A DNA stretch of 64,000 nucleotides from a virus (taxonomy: Duplodnaviria > Caudoviricetes): positions 64,001-128,000 of the IMG/VR virus record IMGVR_UViG_3300032324_000909; one strand, 5' to 3'. Made by a program: the position numbers and the translations under genes. Positions 58,147 to 64,000 of this stretch are shown one piece after another. The notes beneath the pieces were generated by a model. That model was given only the letters and a program-made list of their open reading frames with translations, was not told where the DNA came from and searched no databases. Each line of letters starts with the position of its first letter. Position 1 is the stretch's first letter.

Positions 58147-60057
58147 TTAAACTACTAGATACAAAGTTCTACCATCAGGGGTTATCGCATTATATTGTGA
58201 TTGTGTTAAATACACAATAGATGACACTGTATAATTACCAGTAATTACATTACCACCATTTGAAACTCCAGTTCCACTTATTGTAGGAATAAATCCACTT
58301 GGGTTATTTGCGGAGTAGAAAGCTCCAGTTTGTGCAGTACTAACAAACTGTCCAGTTTGACTGTCTGTTACATAACTAGAAAGGTTAACGCCAGTAATAT
58401 AACCACTTGGGTTATTTCTTGGATAAAGGTTGGCTAAATCACTAGTTAAATTTGCTATCTTACTTTGTGATATGGCGGCATTATTATCTACATCACTATC
58501 GAAAATACCAGTAGCAGGAGTTTGTAGTACGCCATTTATAACCTTAACTACGCCGTTACCGGCCACAGTAGGAATTGTTGTATGAACGTGAGATGGGCGA
58601 TAACTATCAAAGTATAAAGTAATTCTTCTTTCATTACTGGTATATTTTTTACCATATATTTCTATATATAAACGCTCGGTTGCCAAAATACCAGTTTGCG
58701 GTACAGTTACATTTGCTATATATTGGGCAATGGTATCTGTCTCATAAAGATAAATATCATCCGATTCACCCAACTTGCGGTAAGTTGAGTTGGTTGGGTT
58801 ATATATATGAACAATTGTTTTAATTGATGATTGCGTCGCACTCGAACTATTTACTCTAGCCCAAATATTAAAATCCCAAAGACCAGCTGGAATCTCTGTT
58901 ACACCAGGATTACCACTAGCACTCACAAAGCCGCATATTAATTGGTTAGTATTCTGAGGATCTAAGTCGGCGCTCTGTGCTTGTCCACTTCCTTCGTAAT
59001 ATGTCGTACCTAAAAGTGAAAGTGGGAAATCGCCAGTAGTTGGCAACCCGCCGGTAGGAGCTATTCCGCTTGTGTGTGCGAAATTAAAATAATAAACCCT
59101 ACCGCCACCGCCATTACCACCCGCTGGAATACTGCCGGGAACCCAAGCGGAACCATTCCATTGTAGGGTCTGACCACCAACTGGTGTTTCATTACTAACA
59201 GGATTACCTTGGATTTTGGTTACTGTTGGGGAAAGCAAACTACCACTTAGATCCCCACCATTGTTAAAGTTAAATTGAGATACGCCAGTTATAAATCCAC
59301 TTGGGTTATTGCTAGTATAGAAAGTGCCAGTCTGTCCGGTTTTAACGTATCCTGATAAAGTTCCTGATAAAGAATTTGCAAACCCACTAACTGCAGCGTT
59401 TGCGCTAGACATTGAATACCCAATTGCCAATTGCACAACGCCTGTTAATCCTGTTGCTAATTCACTTGCCGTAGCAAATCCACTTGGGTTGTTAATCCTA
59501 TAAAATGAATTATCTACATACCCACTTAACTGATCAACATTAAAAACAGAAGCTATTTCATTCAAATTTTCAAGATTCTCACTTCTTGCGCCAATTCCGA
59601 ATACCCACTTACCAGCGGGGGAATCAAAACCCAATATTGCACCAGTATCATTTAATCCTGTTTTGCCCTCCTCAGTAACAAAAAATATACCACCATCACT
59701 AGCTGGACCATGGACCATTCCATCACCACCAGTAACATTCAGTAGTAAATAGTTAGTGCCTATGTTTATAGCATTAGTATTAACAATTGTTTCTGTTCCA
59801 GTTACTGTTAAATTATTTATAACTAAATTACCTAAAAATTGTTTATTCCCACTAATCGCCTGATTTCCAGTTGTATAAACAATATTAGGTATGCTAGTAA
59901 TAAAGCCGCTTGGGTTGCTTCTAGGATAAAAAGCTCCAGTTTGTGCAGTGCTAATAAACTGCCCAGTTTGCCCAGTTGTTATAAAACCACTGGCAGTTAA
60001 ATCAACATTTGCAGCACTTGACTGCTCTACGGTATTTATCATTTTCTGGATCACCAA
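58147..60057 (-). CDS. tail fibre-like protein with NPSG(F/Y) repeats
   Basis: Gly/Thr/Ser-rich; GNQ.ISG.K.F, LQWNGSAW; GTGTAA at 60068-60063. Confidence 0.7.
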   Translation of the reverse strand: MVIQKMINTVEQSSAANVDLTASGFITTGQTGQFISTAQTGAFYPRSNPSGFITSIPNIVYTTGNQAISGNKQFLGNLVINNLTVTGTETIVNTNAINIGTNYLLLNVTGGDGMVHGPASDGGIFFVTEEGKTGLNDTGAILGFDSPAGKWVFGIGARSENLENLNEIASVFNVDQLSGYVDNSFYRINNPSGFATASELATGLTGVVQLAIGYSMSSANAAVSGFANSLSGTLSGYVKTGQTGTFYTSNNPSGFITGVSQFNFNNGGDLSGSLLSPTVTKIQGNPVSNETPVGGQTLQWNGSAWVPGSIPAGGNGGGGRVYYFNFAHTSGIAPTGGLPTTGDFPLSLLGTTYYEGSGQAQSADLDPQNTNQLICGFVSASGNPGVTEIPAGLWDFNIWARVNSSSATQSSIKTIVHIYNPTNSTYRKLGESDDIYLYETDTIAQYIANVTVPQTGILATERLYIEIYGKKYTSNERRITLYFDSYRPSHVHTTIPTVAGNGVVKVINGVLQTPATGIFDSDVDNNAAISQSKIANLTSDLANLYPRNNPSGYITGVNLSSYVTDSQTGQFVSTAQTGAFYSANNPSGFIPTISGTGVSNGGNVITGNYTVSSIVYLTQSQYNAITPDGRTLYLVV

Positions 60058-60194
60058 AGTATTTACACCAAATCAATAACCACTCCACTATAGATGCGTG
60101 TTGTTTTTAATTTTCTAGGGTATAATAAAAAAAGAATTTAAATTACTTTGAAAAAATACTTGCTAAACTATAAAAATAGATTTACCATGTATAA

Positions 60195-60722
60195 ATGAAG
60201 AATACACAAAAAACACAGAAACTCGGATGGCTTGAGCCAGAAGATAGCTTTGAAATACCTTCATTAAAAGAGTTAATGAGAAATCTAAGGGTTATTTCTA
60301 CCAACGAGTCAAGCACTTCTGTACAAGGAGAACGCAGAGACAGCGTTACAGACGATTGGAAAAGCTTTAGGTTCCCGATTTCTAACGATGTAAATGTTGT
60401 AATAGTTGAGAAGTCTTCCAAGGAATCCACGCGCGAACCCAAACTTTCACAAAAAACAGAAAATAAAAATATGAATACAGAAAATACAGAAAACGTCTCG
60501 CCCCGCAGAAGGGGGCGCCCATCGAAACATACCAAGCCGCTAAACGAACTAGGCGGAACTTCTGGAGAGTTTACCGTAAACGATATTGTTTCCAAAAATG
60601 ACATCAAGGAATACGAAGCCCATAATTTGGTAAGAAGTGCCCTTAAGCAGGGTAAGGTTACCATTGTGAAGGAAATTTCCGGTGGCAGGGGTAAGCCCAA
60701 AAAAGTCTATCGCCTATCTTAA
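60195..60722 (+). CDS. DNA-binding protein with AT-hook and winged-helix-like C-terminus (alternative start 60471)
   Basis: RRRGRPSK; GRGKPKKVYRL. Confidence 0.55.
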   Translation: MKNTQKTQKLGWLEPEDSFEIPSLKELMRNLRVISTNESSTSVQGERRDSVTDDWKSFRFPISNDVNVVIVEKSSKESTREPKLSQKTENKNMNTENTENVSPRRRGRPSKHTKPLNELGGTSGEFTVNDIVSKNDIKEYEAHNLVRSALKQGKVTIVKEISGGRGKPKKVYRLS

Positions 60723-60737
60723 TATTACTAAATTAGT

Positions 60738-61160
60738 ATGGGTAAAAATTACGACTATACGCCAGATAACATAACTTCACTTGAAAACAATGAAGTTTTT
60801 GTTTTCGGTAGCAATCTAGCTGGTATTCATGGGGCTGGTGCCGCAAAACTAGCAAGGGAAAAATTCGGAGCAGTATTGGGCAAGGGCATTGGAATGTATG
60901 GTAATTCCTATGCCATACCAACTAAAGATTTTTCAATAGAAACGCTTGAATATTCAGATATAGAAAAACACGTTCAGGATTTCATTGCTTTTGCCAGACA
61001 AAATCCCGCTAAAACTTTTCTAGTTACTCTTATTGGATGTGGTTTGGCAGGATACGACCCTAAAGATATTGCGCCACTATTCTATTCGGTACCACTAAAC
61101 GTTATACTTCCGGAACAATTTGCAAGTGATTTATATAAAGAAAGACTAGTTGTAACTTAG
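60738..61160 (+). CDS. A1S_2505-family (macro-domain-like) phage protein
   Basis: EVFVFGSNLAGIHGAGAA, SYAIPTK, IGCGLAG. Confidence 0.8.
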   Translation: MGKNYDYTPDNITSLENNEVFVFGSNLAGIHGAGAAKLAREKFGAVLGKGIGMYGNSYAIPTKDFSIETLEYSDIEKHVQDFIAFARQNPAKTFLVTLIGCGLAGYDPKDIAPLFYSVPLNVILPEQFASDLYKERLVVT

Positions 61161-61175
61161 ATAGTAAAAATTTAA

Positions 61176-61258
61176 TGGGCAGTGGAGGAATTGGTAAACT
61201 CGGGGGTCTTTGGAACCTCTGTCGAAAGACGCTGAACGTTCAAGTCGTTCCTGCCCAG
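61176..61258 (+). tRNA. tRNA-Gln(TTG) with long variable arm
   Basis: TGGGCAG/CTGCCCA acceptor, GGGGT-CTTTGGA-ACCTC anticodon arm, GTC-GAAA-GAC V-arm, GAACG-TTCAAGT-CGTTC T-arm; no encoded CCA. Confidence 0.85.
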
Positions 61259-61298
61259 CTTTTTAAAATTCACAATATTAACTTTCGGTAGATATAAA

Positions 61299-62000
61299 AT
61301 GAAAATTAACTACAAACTCAAAGAAATTTATAATAGAATTTTTTTAGTAACGATAAAAGATCAATACGATCTCGCAATGACGTTCTGTCGTTTACAAGAG
61401 TATTACGAATCCCCATTTAAACAAGTTCGTGGTAAAACTTTTACTATGACAGAATTTCAAAGAATGTACGCCAAAAAGTTTGGTGATGGGGTATTTACAT
61501 ATCCCGTAGATTGGGCTGGATTTAACGTGCCGGGCGAAGTTGTGGACGAGTTCATGTCTGCAAATTTTGAGGATTGGGGCAACGAGTACGATTTTGTAAT
61601 AGATGAAATTCATTGGAAAATTACCGATGAACACGAGTCATACAATGATACTAATCCATATTACCTAATTGGTGCCGAACCTAAAGATAAAGATACTATT
61701 AAACATGAAATGTGTCATGCCATTTATTATTTAGACAGTCAATATCGAGAGCAAGTAAATTTAATTATATCGCAATTAAATAGATCTGTTTTTGCGCAGT
61801 TTAGATCTCATTTATTAAATATAGGATATTCAAAACAGGTAATAACTGATGAAATAAATGCATATATATGCGTAGATTCACATCAACTTACCGATAGCGC
61901 AAAAATGAACAAAAGGGAAAAGAAAAACTTCCAAAATATTCAGTCAAAACTGCAAGAATTATTCGCCACAACCATGTCAGCAAGAAAGAATAATAGATAA
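61299..62000 (+). CDS. putative zinc metallopeptidase-like protein
   Basis: HEMCH...DEINAY. Confidence 0.55.
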   Translation: MKINYKLKEIYNRIFLVTIKDQYDLAMTFCRLQEYYESPFKQVRGKTFTMTEFQRMYAKKFGDGVFTYPVDWAGFNVPGEVVDEFMSANFEDWGNEYDFVIDEIHWKITDEHESYNDTNPYYLIGAEPKDKDTIKHEMCHAIYYLDSQYREQVNLIISQLNRSVFAQFRSHLLNIGYSKQVITDEINAYICVDSHQLTDSAKMNKREKKNFQNIQSKLQELFATTMSARKNNR

Positions 62001-62067
62001 ATTATTATATGTTTAAAAATTTCTTTTTAACTACTGACCGATTACACTTCTTGGTGTATTAATTATT

Positions 62068-62277
62068 ATGGAAACTAACTTCAATAACAATATTGAAAAA
62101 TGGAGTGGTTTTTATAAAACAGAGAAGGAAGCGGAAGAGTCCCTACAAAAACAAGTTAGCATAATGTCTTTAAAAAAATTAATTGTTTCGGCTAAAAAGG
62201 AATTGATAGTTCAAAAGAAAAACCCAATGCTACTATATAAATTTACAGTTGTGACATCTGTTAAAAATTGTGATTAA
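62068..62277 (+). CDS. hypothetical protein
   Basis: GTGTAT motif at 62054. Confidence 0.5.
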   Translation: METNFNNNIEKWSGFYKTEKEAEESLQKQVSIMSLKKLIVSAKKELIVQKKNPMLLYKFTVVTSVKNCD

Positions 62278-62322
62278 TTTTTACTTGAAAATTTCGTAAA
62301 TATAGAGTATTATTATAATAGC

Positions 62323-62398
62323 GCGCGATTAGCTCAGTGGTAGTAGCGTTTCCTTTACACGGAAAATGTCGGGGGTTCAAATCCCTCATCGCGTACCA
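62323..62398 (+). tRNA. tRNA-Val(TAC)
   Basis: GCGCGAT/ATCGCGT acceptor, TTTCC-TTTACAC-GGAAA, TTCAAAT loop, ACCA end. Confidence 0.92.
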
Positions 62399-62588
62399 AT
62401 TTTAATTATGCAAGCACATATTAAAGCCACTATCAATTGCAAGAATACCGAGCAGTTTCTATTTGATTCTCTATTCTTTCTAGAAAGTAAAATAATTTGG
62501 ATTATATTAAAGAACAAATAATTAAAGTTGCTAATGTTAATTCCAATTGTGATATTCTAAATTTAGAGATACAGTATCTTTTTAATAT

Positions 62589-62661
<73 letters not shown>

Positions 62662-62676
62662 AAACCTTTAATAATT

Positions 62677-62904
62677 ATGTTTAACTTGATTAATAGAATA
62701 CTTATAACCTTTGATGTTATATACCTTATTACAATAGTTTTTTCTATTATTGCAATATTTCTCATCTACAAGGAAGACGTAGATGCTTTCGTGGAAGACC
62801 CTAAAAACACTTGGATAAATATCCTAATTGGGTATGGTGGCTTTTTATTCGTTCCGTCTCTTGTTTATTTTTTTATTAGTTTAATTTATCAATACTGCTT
62901 TTGA
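62677..62904 (+). CDS. small two-TM membrane protein
   Basis: ATG 62677 after tRNA-Ala; two hydrophobic helices. Confidence 0.5.
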   Translation: MFNLINRILITFDVIYLITIVFSIIAIFLIYKEDVDAFVEDPKNTWINILIGYGGFLFVPSLVYFFISLIYQYCF

Positions 62905-62909
62905 TCTGT

Positions 62910-63104
62910 ATGCGCGCACTTCTATTAAATAATAAAATTTTATTTTATAAATTTTTAGTTGTATTTTTCTACTATTGTGGGGATTTCTTAAGCAAGATTA
63001 ATAATGAATTTTGTTTTTATTACTACCAAAAATTCATGCATTTGTCTTTATATTTTGACGATATAGTTGGCCCATATTGGTTTTGGAAAAAAGTTAAGAA
63101 ATAA
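62910..63104 (+). CDS. hypothetical protein
   Basis: Short ORF; YY.GD...Y...M..S...D pattern. Confidence 0.4.
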   Translation: MRALLLNNKILFYKFLVVFFYYCGDFLSKINNEFCFYYYQKFMHLSLYFDDIVGPYWFWKKVKK

Positions 63105-63221
63105 TTTGACAATATACATAAATAATTTTATTATAAGTGTGTAGGCAAATTACTTTGTGTAATAAACTTATACTGGATCCTAGGATCCTTTTATGATCTT
63201 TGATAGTATAATCTAATTTAC

Positions 63222-63657
63222 GGGCGCGTACTGGTTTCGATTTAATCGTTGAAAACTGTATATGCATGTGGTAGTTGATCAGCTGGCTACCTTAAAAGCT
63301 GATCGAAAACATAAATGCAAAAGTTATTACTAATGCAGTTAATGCAGTCAAGTCAGCGATGACAAATGTTGTAGAATTCTTCTCCGAAGAAGAGTCTTAC
63401 GCGTTGGCCGCATAAACGCCAAAAGCAGATCCTACTAAGCTTTTGGAAAATATAGTAGGTTAGAGTAGTATCTACGATACTCGTAAAACAAGCGTAGGGG
63501 GTGGATGTAGACTCTTCACTATATCAGGCAGACTCTAAAAGATAGGTCGGTAAACCATAGCAGCCTCTAGTCAATCAAATGCTGAATTTACCAAAACATG
63601 TGAATGAATATATAGTAATCAATATTAAAGACAGGAGTTCGACTCTCCTCGCGTCCA
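63222..63657 (+). ncRNA. ssrA: tmRNA
   Basis: 5' GGGCGCGTACTGGTTTCGA, 3' GACAGGAGTTCGACTCTCCTCGCGTCCA with G3:U pair; tag frame 63317-63415 ending YALAA*. Confidence 0.93.
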
Positions 63658-63663
63658 GGTTAC

Positions 63664-63999
63664 TTAACTAAATTTAATTAATTCAATAAATTCACACATT
63701 TGTTCATGTGTCATAGAATTTTTAGCATAATTTATAGTTCGGCTAACGAATTGGATATTATCTTTTGAGTATGGTTTTAAAGAATCGATTCTATCGACCG
63801 ATGCCATATAATAAGGTTCTAACGAGTTTGGGTTGGAAAAAGTTGGGAGAGATAATTTAATTTTGCTATATGCGCATATTCCGTTTTGTGATTCCCATAC
63901 GTCTTTTAAATCCTGAACACTAATAAAACATTCCTTTCTGCCTTTAGTTTTTATTCTATATAACATATATTTAAATTCCCTATCTTCTTTCGGATAATT
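63664..63999 (-). CDS. HNH-type (homing) endonuclease, 5'-truncated by window edge
   Basis: Q.G.CAYS, SVDRIDS...Y...NI.......N..K; frame open to window end. Confidence 0.7.
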   Translation of the reverse strand, partial: NYPKEDREFKYMLYRIKTKGRKECFISVQDLKDVWESQNGICAYSKIKLSLPTFSNPNSLEPYYMASVDRIDSLKPYSKDNIQFVSRTINYAKNSMTHEQMCEFIELIKFS

Positions 64000-64000
64000 A

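Noticed and set aside
60232-60250. Cobalamin riboswitch (AGCCAGAAGA resembles the B12 box) or T-box
   Set aside because: Upstream conserved cobalamin elements and the T-box antiterminator consensus are absent
60182-60700. 172-aa antisense ORF, and other antisense or nested ORFs in the track (e.g. 6106..6483, 10620..11000, 20669..21076, 30299..30700, 34754..35119)
   Set aside because: Shadow ORFs overlapping well-supported genes, without motifs or promoters
62323-62398. tRNA-Val as pseudogene because of an extra T in the D-arm
   Set aside because: All other arms, the anticodon and the CCA end are intact; probably tolerated
63175-63188. Perfect palindrome GGATCCTAGGATCC upstream of tmRNA as operator or terminator
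   Set aside because: Single occurrence and a loop too short for a convincing terminator; no supporting evidence

Overview
This 64-kb window is an AT-rich, densely coding segment of a large (probably jumbo-class) tailed dsDNA phage using the standard genetic code. The host cannot be assigned from the sequence. Bases 1-30 kb are a replication and nucleotide-metabolism module: sigma factor, SSB-like proteins, class Id-type NrdB/NrdA, RecA, dNMP kinase, DnaB, primase, dCMP deaminase, PD-(D/E)XK nucleases, ClpP, and a DnaE-type polymerase split into PHP, DnaQ and catalytic-core genes. This module is interleaved with a sugar-nucleotide/glycosylation set (Gmd, ColD-like enzyme, GT4/GT9/GT17 transferases, FkbM). 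Bases 30-39 kb hold a MoxR/VWA pair, a MazG-like pyrophosphatase and minus-strand Ser/Gly/Thr-rich putative virion genes. Bases 39-57 kb are an accessory region of small genes. Bases 57-64 kb hold a beta-glucosyltransferase-like gene, a tail-fibre-like gene, three tRNAs, a tmRNA and a partial HNH gene. The most striking non-gene signals are: (i) about 16 sigma70 promoters whose -35 box lies exactly 35 nt before the ATG, implying leaderless mRNAs; (ii) a second GTGTAA promoter class before putative late genes; (iii) a 3.2-kb island in which I found no CG dinucleotide; (iv) a tRNA-Gln(UUG) built on a Leu-like long-variable-arm body; (v) a tmRNA with a 32-codon tag; (vi) a triple-hairpin element at the strand switch. 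All functional calls are from motif recognition by eye, with no database search.
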